This document shows, piece after piece, positions 1-12,200 of a stretch of 64,000 nucleotides of DNA. The first letter of the stretch is position 1, and each line of letters opens with the position of its first letter. Origin of the DNA: Puniceicoccaceae bacterium (GTDB lineage: Bacteria; Verrucomicrobiota; Verrucomicrobiia; Opitutales; Oceanipulchritudinaceae); contig JBFOMH010000017.1 in assembly GCA_040830765.1 (NCBI GenBank), positions 224,001-288,000 of the forward strand, written 5' to 3'. The position numbers and the translations under genes are program-made. The notes beneath the pieces are model-generated. The model was not told the origin of the DNA, searched no databases, and saw only the letters and a program-made list of their open reading frames with translations.

Positions 1-645
1 GTCAAGATGCCCCTCCGGCATCTTGTCAAAGAACCCGGAAACACCGCCAACCTCATGCAGGGCCGCCACAGCTGCCACGATGGTCACTGGAATCATGACC
101 AAAAGCTGGACGAAGTCGTTCGAGGAGGAGGCCCATGAACCGCCCAGCAGGGTGGAAATGATGACCACTGTCCCGGTGATGATGATAGCCCACTGGAGGG
201 GTATGCCAAAGGCAAGGGAGACGAAAATACAAAGGCCAAAGAGCCAGATCGACCCGCCAAACACCCCGAACGGGACACTGAGCCAGGTGTAGAATTGCTG
301 GCTGAACTTGTCGAAGCGCTCACGGACGGCTTCGATAGAGGTGATCACCCGTAACTGCCTCGACCGGGCAGCGAAGTAAAAGTAATTGATGGTGAATCCG
401 ATGGCGTTACCAAGGTAGATGGTCAGGACGCCCCATCCCTCACTGTAGGCGCTTGATGCCGCACCGGTGAAGGTCCAGGCACTGAACTGGATCATGAAGG
501 CCGAGGAACCGACCAGCCACCAGACCATCGTCCCGCCCCCGCGGAAGTAATCACTGGTGTTGGTGACAAATTTGGAGGTGAGGTAGCCGACTGTCAGGAG
601 AAGGCAGAAGTAGGCTGCGATGACGATGTAGTCGTAAGGGGTCAT
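1..645 (-). CDS. Sodium:solute symporter (SSS) family transporter, 5' part (runs off window start)
   Basis: Read manually, not in the ORF track. ATG at 645 gives MTPYDYIVIAAYFCLLLTVGYLTSKFVTNTSDYFRGGGTMVWWLVGSSAFMIQFSAWTFTGAASSAY, the typical SSS N-terminus (DYF.GG..M.WW..G.S...SA..F.G). Confidence 0.85.
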   Translation of the reverse strand, partial: MTPYDYIVIAAYFCLLLTVGYLTSKFVTNTSDYFRGGGTMVWWLVGSSAFMIQFSAWTFTGAASSAYSEGWGVLTIYLGNAIGFTINYFYFAARSRQLRVITSIEAVRERFDKFSQQFYTWLSVPFGVFGGSIWLFGLCIFVSLAFGIPLQWAIIITGTVVIISTLLGGSWASSSNDFVQLLVMIPVTIVAAVAALHEVGGVSGFFDKMPEGHLD

Positions 646-869
646 GATTCAGAATTTTGGATAGGATTGATTTTCATCAAGGCACTATCAGTACCGATAC
701 TCCAGTGGTGGCTTTTCATAACTGTCTGATTGGGCGATGAATCGCGAACCGAAAGTTGTGCCAGCTGCCTTGCGATTTTGAAAGAAATTGCCTTGTTGAA
801 TACTGGCAGTTAAAACGGTCGCAAAAGGGTCTGGATGACGCCAGACTGCAGTTAAACTATCTTTAGTAA

Positions 870-3092
<2,223 letters not shown>

Positions 3093-3145
3093 CGGCTCAA
3101 CACCGCCGGGTATCTTCACAGTGGTACTGGAAGGATTCGCGGGGC

Positions 3146-3403
3146 TCAGTCAACGAGCTCCGCGAATTCCGGGTGCCGCTTCAGGAAAACGTCGATAAAG
3201 GAACAGTCGGGGACGATGCTCCACCCATTTTCGCGGGCGTGTTCAAAGGCGGCGGTTGCCAGCTTCCCGGCAACGCCCTGACCGCGCAATTCAGGCGGCA
3301 CAACCGTGTGGTCAAAATGGTAGCGGCCATCCTTGACGGTGTAGCTCAGGACAGCGCCTTCCGGCGTGCGGAAACAGTTTTCACTGGGGACATGCTCGAT
3401 CAT
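3146..3403 (-). CDS. Small GNAT family N-acetyltransferase (YjdJ-like)
   Basis: From internal ATG 3403: MIEHVP...FDHTVVPPELRGQGVAGKLA...ARENGWSIVPDCSFI, with the HT.V...RGQG and P.CSF motifs. Confidence 0.85.
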   Translation of the reverse strand: MIEHVPSENCFRTPEGAVLSYTVKDGRYHFDHTVVPPELRGQGVAGKLATAAFEHARENGWSIVPDCSFIDVFLKRHPEFAELVD

Positions 3404-3416
3404 TTTCCGGCAGCAA

Positions 3417-4250
3417 TCAGATGTGGAAATTATCCCCTTCGCAGAAGACGCGGAATGGGGCCTGACAATCCTTGAAGCCAATCTTCTCATAGAGACTTTG
3501 GGCCATTTCAGTAGAATGAAGGACGCCTTTGGTGTAGCCCAGGCGCCGGGCTTCATGAAAGGCCATAACGGTCATTTTCCGGGCCAGGCCGAGTCCGCGT
3601 ACCTCCGGCTTGGTCGCCACCCCATAGATGCCGGCAACACCCGCTCCGAGGTTGAGGACAACCTTCGATACGGGAACTCCCATGTGCCAGGCAATCCAGC
3701 AGCGCAGCGGTCCCTCGGATTCACCTACCGGAAACTGATTGGTCACTTCCGGTAACAACGGCTTGATTTCCGGCGGGACTTCCCAGCGCCAGGCAATCAA
3801 TTCATATATGGCATTCAAGTCATCCTTGGTGACCGCCTCGCGGATCTGGATGCCCGGCGTGGTCTCTTCGGTGATTTCTGGGAGGTCGGCCAGTTCCATC
3901 GTCATGCCCGGACAGGACTCGGCTTCCGAAAAGCCGCGTGTTTCCAGGCGCTTGCCAAGATCGGCCGGGGTCGACGTCGGGTGGACAATCCAGAAGAAGG
4001 GCATGCCCCGGTCATGGTAATGCTTGAAGATGGCGTCAATCCGTTGTTCAGCAGTCTCCTCCCTGAGGCGGCTCCGGATGACCCCGTTATAGGGGAGGGT
4101 CCGGATGGGCGTGTCGAAGTAAGTCACTTCATCATCCTCATGCAGACTGCAGCCGTGCCCCATGCCGAACATGCGCCACATTGTCCACAGGTTCTCTTCC
4201 AGGGCGCGCAGGTTTTCTCCTCCCGAACTGCTGTCTGCAGTTTGTTCCAT
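3417..4250 (-). CDS. GNAT family N-acetyltransferase
   Basis: 277 aa. C-terminal GIYGVATKPEVRGLGLA acetyl-CoA motif and LHSTEMAQSLYEKIGF. Confidence 0.85.
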   Translation of the reverse strand: MEQTADSSSGGENLRALEENLWTMWRMFGMGHGCSLHEDDEVTYFDTPIRTLPYNGVIRSRLREETAEQRIDAIFKHYHDRGMPFFWIVHPTSTPADLGKRLETRGFSEAESCPGMTMELADLPEITEETTPGIQIREAVTKDDLNAIYELIAWRWEVPPEIKPLLPEVTNQFPVGESEGPLRCWIAWHMGVPVSKVVLNLGAGVAGIYGVATKPEVRGLGLARKMTVMAFHEARRLGYTKGVLHSTEMAQSLYEKIGFKDCQAPFRVFCEGDNFHI

Positions 4251-4351
4251 GCAACAGGAATACGATCGGGCTCATCGCGGGTCAAGTTGCATTGGAAGCT
4301 GGTGTCTTTCCCCGTTGCCATGGCTCCTGGTCTCCGCTAAGGTTGCCAGCC

Positions 4352-5374
4352 ATGAAACGTAGACACTTCCTGACAACCCTCGCCGCTGCCGCCCCCGCTG
4401 CTGCCATGGCCGATACAAATCCGGGAAAACCCGCCCTTGAAGCCTGCCGCGATTCCCTCGGGGAAGTGCTTCCCCTGAGGCCGCTGGGAAGAACCGGTGA
4501 ATCGGTCACCATGCTCGGAATCGGGGGATTCCATGTTGGATGGACCACCGAAAAGGACGCTGCCGAAGTCATCGAGGCGGCCCTGGAAGGGGGTGTCCGG
4601 TTTTTTGATTCCGCGGAGTCCTACCAGCAAGGCGAAAGTGAGCGCCGTTATGGCAAGTACCTAACCCCGAATTATCGAGACCACATATTCCTTATGACTA
4701 AAACCCAGGCCAAGGATGCCAGGACCGCCCGGGAACACCTCGAGGGATCCCTCAAGCGGATGAAGACGGATTACCTCGACCTCTGGCAGATTCATTCCTT
4801 GCGCAATCCGGACGATGTCGACGGACGGCTCCAGGAAGGTGTGCTGGATGTTGTCATGAAGGCCAAGGAGGAGGGAAAGGTCCGCTTCACCGGCTTTACC
4901 GGGCACAGTAATCCGGAGGCGCATCTGCGCATCCTTGAAAAGACCGGAAGTAGCGATCCTTTCGATACATGTCAGATGCCGGTGAATGCCATCGATCCGA
5001 GTTACCACAGTTTTATCGAGCAGGTGACACCCATCCTCCTGAAAAGAAACATCGGTTTGCTGGCCATGAAGACCCTCGCCGACGGCCGTTTCTTTGCCAT
5101 GAAGTCCAACCTGCGCCGGGGTGTCGTCTGGCGGTCGGATGACCCCGCCATCCCGAATCGACTCAGTATCCGCGATGCCATGTGTTTTGCCTGGTCCCTG
5201 CCGATCAGCACCCTTATCACCGGGGCGGAGAATGCCTCCCTGGTGCGGGAAAAGGTCGACCTTGCCCGTGCCTACAGCGGCATGACCGAAGAAGAGCGCA
5301 CGGAGCTCGTCGACAAAGTGGCCGATCTCGCCGACGGCCAGGTGGAGTACTACAAGCGGCCGGTTGAGGCCTGA
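4352..5374 (+). CDS. Tat-signal aldo/keto reductase family protein
   Basis: Start reassigned to ATG 4352 (MKRRHFLTTLAAAAPAAAMA, twin-Arg signal). AKR motifs RPLGRTG, FFDSAESY, LMTK and DYLDLWQIH. Confidence 0.9.
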   Translation: MKRRHFLTTLAAAAPAAAMADTNPGKPALEACRDSLGEVLPLRPLGRTGESVTMLGIGGFHVGWTTEKDAAEVIEAALEGGVRFFDSAESYQQGESERRYGKYLTPNYRDHIFLMTKTQAKDARTAREHLEGSLKRMKTDYLDLWQIHSLRNPDDVDGRLQEGVLDVVMKAKEEGKVRFTGFTGHSNPEAHLRILEKTGSSDPFDTCQMPVNAIDPSYHSFIEQVTPILLKRNIGLLAMKTLADGRFFAMKSNLRRGVVWRSDDPAIPNRLSIRDAMCFAWSLPISTLITGAENASLVREKVDLARAYSGMTEEERTELVDKVADLADGQVEYYKRPVEA

Positions 5375-5385
5375 ATTTTCCTTAC

Positions 5386-8300
5386 CTAGAGTTCGGCATC
5401 TTCCACGCCGGCCGCATAGTCGAGGGCTGTTGAGAGGGGCAGGGTAGCCCCCTCCTGTACCTTGGCATTGAGGTCAACCCCTTGCAGCATTGCTCCGGCT
5501 TCATCGATTGCCTGGCCGACTCTTTTGGCGTCCGCTTCCGGCAGGGGAGCACCGATCGATTGCCGGATTGCCTTGGCAGCTCCAAAGAGGCGCAGGCTGC
5601 GGTCAGGTTTCTCCAGGTTAAGGGCGTTGAAAGCGAAGGTTTCAAGGATGAAGGCGAGGGAGCGCATATTGCCCAGTTCCCGTGCTACCCGCAGGCTTTC
5701 CAGCAGGTAGGCTTCACAAGCCGCTGCATCCTTTTGGTCGAGCGCTACTTCGGCGAGAGAGTTGTAGGTGTTGGCAATTTCCCCGCGGTCACCGACCTTC
5801 TGCAGGTATTCCATCGCTTTTTCGAGGTCCTTGCGGGCTCCGGCGAGGTCGCCGAGGTAGCGTTTGGCCATCCCGAGATTGTTGTAGGAGTTCCCGATGT
5901 AAAAGGGATCATTCAATTTCAGGCGGATGGCCAGGGCCTCTTCCTGGTAGTCCAATGCCTCGTCCAGCTTTCCCTGGAAGCGAAGGATAATGCCGGTATT
6001 GCTAAGGAGGCTGGTGACGTGTTTCTCCTGGCCCAGTTTGCGGCGGATTTCAATGCTTTGGGCATAGACTTCCCGGGCCTTGTCATACTGTCCGGTCTGT
6101 GCAGCGAGGGTGCCTTCACTGTGCAGGACGTCACCCATGCCTGATTCATCACCCAACGCGGTATAGGCTTCCCGGGCCTGCTCCAGCCATTTCCCTGCCT
6201 CCTCCATGGCACCGGTCTTGCGGTGAAGGTCCCCGATATCGAGGCGGCAATTGGCGATTTCCCCCTCCATTTGCAGGGATTCCGCCAGTTGCAGGGCATC
6301 CTCGTAGGTTTGCATGGACTCCTTCCAGTCGCCCGTTACTTCCAGAACCTTTCCGAGGTTGCTCAGGACAGGAACTTTATCCGGACCGTCAAGGAGTGGT
6401 AACAAGGACCTGTAATAACCAGCAGCGGTCCCAGCGGCATAGGCCTCGCGGGCGGCATCGCCCGCCAGGAGGAAATATTTCCGCTGCTTTTCCCGGTTCG
6501 GGCTGCGGCCGAAGTGGAAGGCCAGAAGATCGAGCATCTGGGTATTCTCCTCCCGGTAATGTTTCTCCAGAAAAAGGCCGATGGCTTCGTGCAGAATTGC
6601 CCGTAACTGTTTGGTCAGGCTTTCATAAGCGACCTCATGGATGACCACGTGCTTGAAGAGATAGGCCAGCTCAGCATCCTCTTCGTCGGGCGAGGTAAAG
6701 TCATTTTCGGTCAGGGCAGACAAGGCTTTCCGAACCTCCCGCTCGCCTCCCAAGTCGGGATAGACCCCCCAGACAACAGCGGCCCGGAAAATGCGCCCGA
6801 CCACACTGGCCACCTTCATGGTGATACGGGAATTCTCATTCAGCTGGTCCATCCGGCTGAGGACGAGTGCATACAAGCTGACCGGAAGATCGGCCTTCTC
6901 GAGGTCAGAGACAGAGGTCACTTCAATCTGCTCGTGATGCAGCCAGTTCATGACCTCATCGATGAAGAACGGATTGCCTCCGGTTTTCCGGGCAATGGTC
7001 TCAACAACTGCTTCCGGCACGTTCTGGTCGGCTCCAAATAGCTGGGCGAATTTCAGGCTGATTAACTCGGCTGCTTCCGCACTGTTGAATTCCGGTAATT
7101 CCAGGGAGACAACATAATCGAGACCGGACTCTGCCTCCGAAAAGAGTTCATTATCGTTATTGGGCCGGCGGGCGATGAGCAACATTACCGGCATCCGGGC
7201 GATGGCCTGGACGAGACTCCGAAATAATTCCCCGGAAACATCGTCAATCGCATGGGCATCCTCAAGGACGATAAGTATTGGATTGTCCTCGGAGGCATGG
7301 CGCAGGCACTCCACGAGCATACTCTCCAATGAAGCACGCCTTAGTTTCGCGTCGAAGGTCCGGGTCAATTCATTGTCAGCAATCTGAAGGTCCAAAACGG
7401 CACCAAGGAGGGGAAGGCGTGGCCCCAGGCGTTCATCAATTGTCTTCAGTTGGCGGCGCAGGGACGCTTCTGCTTCTTCCACGGGAATGGCCGGGTTAAG
7501 GCCAAAGAACTCGCGCCAGATTCGCCACCACGGGGCGTAGAGCGTGCTGTTGCCGAAGGTTTGGCACTCGCCGCTGTAAATCCGGAAGCCGGCAGACCGG
7601 GCCAATTTTGCCGTCTCCGCGACAAGGCGGCTCTTGCCCATTCCGGCATCGGCCTGCAGGGAAACCACCTGGCCAAACCCTTCCCGGGTCCGGTTCAGGC
7701 AATTTTCGATGGCCGCCAATTCCTCTTTTCGCCCGACCATGGGAAATGCCGAGCCTTCTCCTCCATCTGTTGCCAGGGAGCGCTCGGACTTGCCCTCCAG
7801 GCGAAAAACAGCCACTGGCTCGGACTTTCCCTTCACCCGGATATGGGGAAGGGTCTGCAGTTGAAAAGCCCGGCGTCCCTCCTTGTATGCCGGTTCGGAG
7901 ACGAGAATTTCCCCGGGGTCCGCCTTTCCCATCAAGCGGGCGGACAAGTTGACCTGGTCGCCAAGGACCCCATAGGTCCTTCTTGAAGGCCCGCCGTAGG
8001 CTCCGGTACGGGTGGAGCCCCGGCCAATGCCGATGCGGACAGCGGAGATGAAGTCCAGGTTTGCGGTCAGTTGTTGAATCTCCAGCGCGGCGGCCATGGT
8101 CCTCAATGTATCGTCCTCGTGGGAGATGGGGGCACCGAAGGCAGCATAAAGGAAGCTGCCTTTGTCACCAACCGTCAGCTGGTGGACAACCCCTTCGTAT
8201 TCATTGACGATCACCTGTACCCAGGAGAAAAAGGCATCCAGCTTTTTGTCTGCCTGCGAGTCCCCTTCAAAGTCGATGCCCTCGAACTTGACGAACATGG

Positions 8301-9078
8301 CCGTTGCCGGCCTCAGCTCGGTGAAGAATTCGCCCAATCCGGAGGAAATACGATTGCGGATGGCTGAAATAATCCACGGGTCAACCAGACCCGGCGGAAC
8401 TTCCAGAAAGCCGAGGTTTGGCCATGGCTCCTGCTCGACCGGGTTCACCAGCGAATGGATGACCCAGGCCAAAGTTTGGCCGGTGTCATCCTGCCGTTCT
8501 TCACCCAGCTCGGCATCACCGCCCAGGTTTTCGCGGGTTTCCGGGTCGATGAGCACTTCACCACGTTCTGCCAGTCCCTCGACTACGGCCACCCGGTAGA
8601 CCGGATCGCCGGCAAGGACATCGACCTTCTGGATGGATTCATCCCCAACCGCGAAGCGTTTAACCGTGCCGCTGGTCACCGCCGCCTTCAAACCAAGACC
8701 AATCGAACCGCCTCCAGGTGAGGGAATAGCCTGGAACGCTTCCATTCCTTTCTGCATCGCCAATGCGCATCCTACGGCCCGATGGCCGTCATCCTCCTCA
8801 AACCAGCAAGTAATGGCGTCTCCGGCGAATCCGATGACACTGCCCCGCACCCGGTCCACCTCCCCGATAAGCATGGCGTAAACCTCATTGAGGACCCGGG
8901 TAAGTTCCTCACCTCCCAAGCGCGAACCCAGATGAGCCTCAAAGGCCTCCGTCAAGGGGGTGAATCCCGAAATATCGGCAAACAATACCGTCCCTGCAGA
9001 CTGCTCCGGCAGGTCACCCGCCGAGGCCAAGGCCAACAGGCGGTCGCGGGGGACGTAAGCGTTGTAAGACTCCTTCAT
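5386..9078 (-). CDS. Soluble adenylyl cyclase-like protein: two class III cyclase domains + STAND/AAA ATPase + TPR repeats
   Basis: C1: LFADISGFT...FAGDA. C2: GDKG...SHEDD...YGVLGDQVNLSARLM...VKGK. Walker A ADAGMGKS, Walker B LIVLEDAH, GGNPFF, YLFKH, then many TPRs. No TM or signal peptide seen. Confidence 0.92.
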   Translation of the reverse strand: MKESYNAYVPRDRLLALASAGDLPEQSAGTVLFADISGFTPLTEAFEAHLGSRLGGEELTRVLNEVYAMLIGEVDRVRGSVIGFAGDAITCWFEEDDGHRAVGCALAMQKGMEAFQAIPSPGGGSIGLGLKAAVTSGTVKRFAVGDESIQKVDVLAGDPVYRVAVVEGLAERGEVLIDPETRENLGGDAELGEERQDDTGQTLAWVIHSLVNPVEQEPWPNLGFLEVPPGLVDPWIISAIRNRISSGLGEFFTELRPATAMFVKFEGIDFEGDSQADKKLDAFFSWVQVIVNEYEGVVHQLTVGDKGSFLYAAFGAPISHEDDTLRTMAAALEIQQLTANLDFISAVRIGIGRGSTRTGAYGGPSRRTYGVLGDQVNLSARLMGKADPGEILVSEPAYKEGRRAFQLQTLPHIRVKGKSEPVAVFRLEGKSERSLATDGGEGSAFPMVGRKEELAAIENCLNRTREGFGQVVSLQADAGMGKSRLVAETAKLARSAGFRIYSGECQTFGNSTLYAPWWRIWREFFGLNPAIPVEEAEASLRRQLKTIDERLGPRLPLLGAVLDLQIADNELTRTFDAKLRRASLESMLVECLRHASEDNPILIVLEDAHAIDDVSGELFRSLVQAIARMPVMLLIARRPNNDNELFSEAESGLDYVVSLELPEFNSAEAAELISLKFAQLFGADQNVPEAVVETIARKTGGNPFFIDEVMNWLHHEQIEVTSVSDLEKADLPVSLYALVLSRMDQLNENSRITMKVASVVGRIFRAAVVWGVYPDLGGEREVRKALSALTENDFTSPDEEDAELAYLFKHVVIHEVAYESLTKQLRAILHEAIGLFLEKHYREENTQMLDLLAFHFGRSPNREKQRKYFLLAGDAAREAYAAGTAAGYYRSLLPLLDGPDKVPVLSNLGKVLEVTGDWKESMQTYEDALQLAESLQMEGEIANCRLDIGDLHRKTGAMEEAGKWLEQAREAYTALGDESGMGDVLHSEGTLAAQTGQYDKAREVYAQSIEIRRKLGQEKHVTSLLSNTGIILRFQGKLDEALDYQEEALAIRLKLNDPFYIGNSYNNLGMAKRYLGDLAGARKDLEKAMEYLQKVGDRGEIANTYNSLAEVALDQKDAAACEAYLLESLRVARELGNMRSLAFILETFAFNALNLEKPDRSLRLFGAAKAIRQSIGAPLPEADAKRVGQAIDEAGAMLQGVDLNAKVQEGATLPLSTALDYAAGVEDAEL

Positions 9079-9258
9079 TAGTGGGTTCGGGGCGGATGAT
9101 AGACTTCAGCGGGTAGGCGTCAAAGGACACTTTCGTAAAATTTAAAGTCTAGTCCACTTAATAGTTGCAATTAGCGTAAATCATGCCTCAAATTTCGTGC
9201 GACGCCACCCGTTCACCACTAAGGCAAATCACTCATTAAATTACGAGGACATTGTACC

Positions 9259-12200
9259 ATGCGCTCACGTCATGTTCTTTTCTGCTGCCTGAATTTCTTT
9301 TTTGGCATTATCGTTACACCGCTGCAAGCAGCTGAAATAAAAGTTGATTCCACCGCCGATCCAGGTCCCCTGCGGGACGCCATCATCGGCGCCGCGCCAG
9401 GCGACGTGGTGCTCCTGCGGGCTGAAGGAGAAGTCCTTCTCACATCCCCGTTGCCCGTTCGCCGCGGTATTCGAATTGAAGGACAAAGCGGTCCGTTGGC
9501 CCACACGCTCAAGGTGAGTGGAGATTTCCGACATTTCGATGTCAGCGGCCTTCCCGTTGACGAGACGGCGACCATTGCCCGGCTGACCCTTGAGGGAAAT
9601 CTGCCCGAAGATGCCGGGGGCGGTATCAGCAGCCGTTCCAATCTTCTTCTCGAAAGTGTCCAGGTGGTGGACAGCAGCGCAGAGCATGGCGGGGCGATTG
9701 CCCAAACGGGAGCATCCCTTGGTATTGATTTGTCCTATTTCGCCCGCAATGAATCTGAACTGGCTGGTGGATTGGAAGGCTCCGGGGGAGCTGTTTACGC
9801 TAGTGGAGCGGAGTTGACCGTTACCTCGACAGGATTTGTCAGCAACGTGGCCGGCAGTGGGGGGGCAATTGCCTTTGCGGGACCAGACTCCAGCCTTATT
9901 GTCCGCAGCAGCACATTTTCTGGAAATAGGGCTGTTATCTCAGGGGGTGCGGTATCGCTGGCCAGTGGAGATGGCCGATTCATCAACCTGACACTGGTCG
10001 ACAACAATAGTGGAGCAGATACGCTTTCCCACATAAATGCGGGTACCAATGCAATCACTGTGGGAAACTCACTGGTGGTTGGTGAGGGTGATGGGTTGCC
10101 TGGAATCCTCGGTGATCTGCAAGCAGAAGGAACGGGAACCAACCGTTCAGGCACAGACCTGTCCTTGGGTCTGGGAATGCCTGCCGGAGCCTATGGCGGT
10201 CTCCGTCCGACCTATCTCCTTCATCCTGGCAGGACGGCCCTCCCTGACGGGAGTAATTTGCTGCTTCCCGAAACCGACCGTGACCAACGCGGATTGGCCC
10301 GCTTTTCCGACGGTGATGGCGAAGGCGGGGACATTGTCGATCAGGGAGCATTTGAGGTGCAGCACTACAAGGTATCCGCCTTGCAGATCCGCGGTTCGGC
10401 CACGGGTGGCAAGGACGACGGCGGTTACGGAAATCCCTTTGATCCAAGTGATGATGCGGATTCCATCGCCTCGGCGGATGTCTTTGTCCAACTGACAAAC
10501 ACCAACAAAGCTGACATCGGGGATGCGGTGGGAGCCAATAATGCCGCTGGCGGTGGATCGGTTTCGTTTGATGAAAGAACCTGGGGAGGGCGTGTTGTTC
10601 TCAAGGGCCGGGAGCTGGAGGTTCGCCGGGATATTGCGATTTATGGACCCGGGGCGACCCGGATGTTTATTGACGGAAGTGCCAGTTCACCGGTCTTCCG
10701 GATTGGTGAAGCAGGCCAGGACGTCCTTGCCTACATGGAGGGCATCTCCATCGAGAACGGGCTCGCAGAGACCGGAGCCGGAATTGTTGTTCAGGATGGA
10801 GGGCGCGTTTCACTCAAGGAAGTACAATTAAAAGGTAATTCCGCCAGTCTGGCCGGCGGGGGGATTGCCGTCCTTTCCGGTGCGACGGATCTTTATCGGA
10901 GTTCCCTCATCGATAACCAGGCAGGTGACCAGGGTGGGGGCATCTTCGGTTCGATAGATTCCGTTATCGTCATTGATACGAGCACCCTTTCTGGAAATTC
11001 AGCAGGTTCCATGGGTGGAGCCGTGGCAAGCTCGGGTGACCTGACCATCGACTCCTCGACCATCGTGGCAAACGGAGCGAACTCCAATACCGGTCTCCTG
11101 GTTGAAGGGGCCACTGGCATTATCCAGAATACAATCCTCTCCCTCGGTACGGCCGATACCATCGATGCCGGCTCTGGGACATCGGTGAACTCAGGTGGAT
11201 ACAACCTTTCCGAGGCCAGCGAGGGCGGCTTCCTCCTTAATGCCACTGATTTGAGCGGTACTGATCCGGAATTAAACGTTCGCTCATTGAATGATGGTGA
11301 AACGCTTTCCCATGCCCCCAAGGGCACCAGTCCGGCCATTGATGCCGGGAGCAGCTATTTTCCGCTTGTCGATGGCCAGCTGGACCAGCCGGGTAATGAC
11401 CGGGTCAAGGGGGCCGCTATCGATATTGGTTCTGTTGAGCTGCAGAACGATTCTCCAACTATCGAATGTATCAGCGAACCGGATACAGAGTGTGTTTCCT
11501 CCTCCGGTGCGCTGGTTGCTGTTGACGTGCTTGTCGATGACGTCGACAAGGATGACCTGACTGTGACCTGGAGTGCGGCGGGTGTTTCTGAGACGCAGAA
11601 TGTTGCTGGGGCAGAGTTGCCGCTAGCCAGTCCATTGTCACAGGACTTGCTCCTGCCAATCGGTACGACAACTGTCACCATCACGGTTTCGGATGGATTT
11701 ACCTCAGCCAGTTGTGCGGTCATGGTCAAGGTGGCAGACACCACCGCCCCGACTGTAACCCTTTCCGGCCCAACCTCCATCAATCTGGAGTGCGGTATCG
11801 ATGCGTATGTTGAATATGGAGCGACGGCTTCCGATATCTGTGATCCGGGCCCCACTGTAGTCATTTCACCGATACTGGACAGTTACCCGGAAACCGGTAC
11901 CTATACGGTTACCTACACTGCAGCCGATGCGGCGGGCAACTCCAGCTCCGCAACCCGGACGGTCAACGTCGTGGACACGACGGATCCTGTCGTTACCCTC
12001 AACGGGAGCGCTCTCGTCACATTGCAGTGTGGGGTTGATACATTTTCGGATCCGGGTGCAACGGCCCTGGATGACTGTGAGGGAGCGTTGGACGTCGGCC
12101 TCCCGGTCCGGACGGACTTGGAGCTACTGACCGAGAACTCCGTCGAGACTTACCGGTTAACCTACAGTGTCACGGATTCCTCCGGGAACACCGGCAGTGC

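Noticed and set aside
660..689. GATAG..TTGAT-N4-ATCAA..CTATC dyad as an OxyR site for katG
   Set aside because: The spacing does not fit the ATAG-N7-CTAT repeat pattern, and it lies ~200 bp from katG, next to the SSS start. Not supportable.
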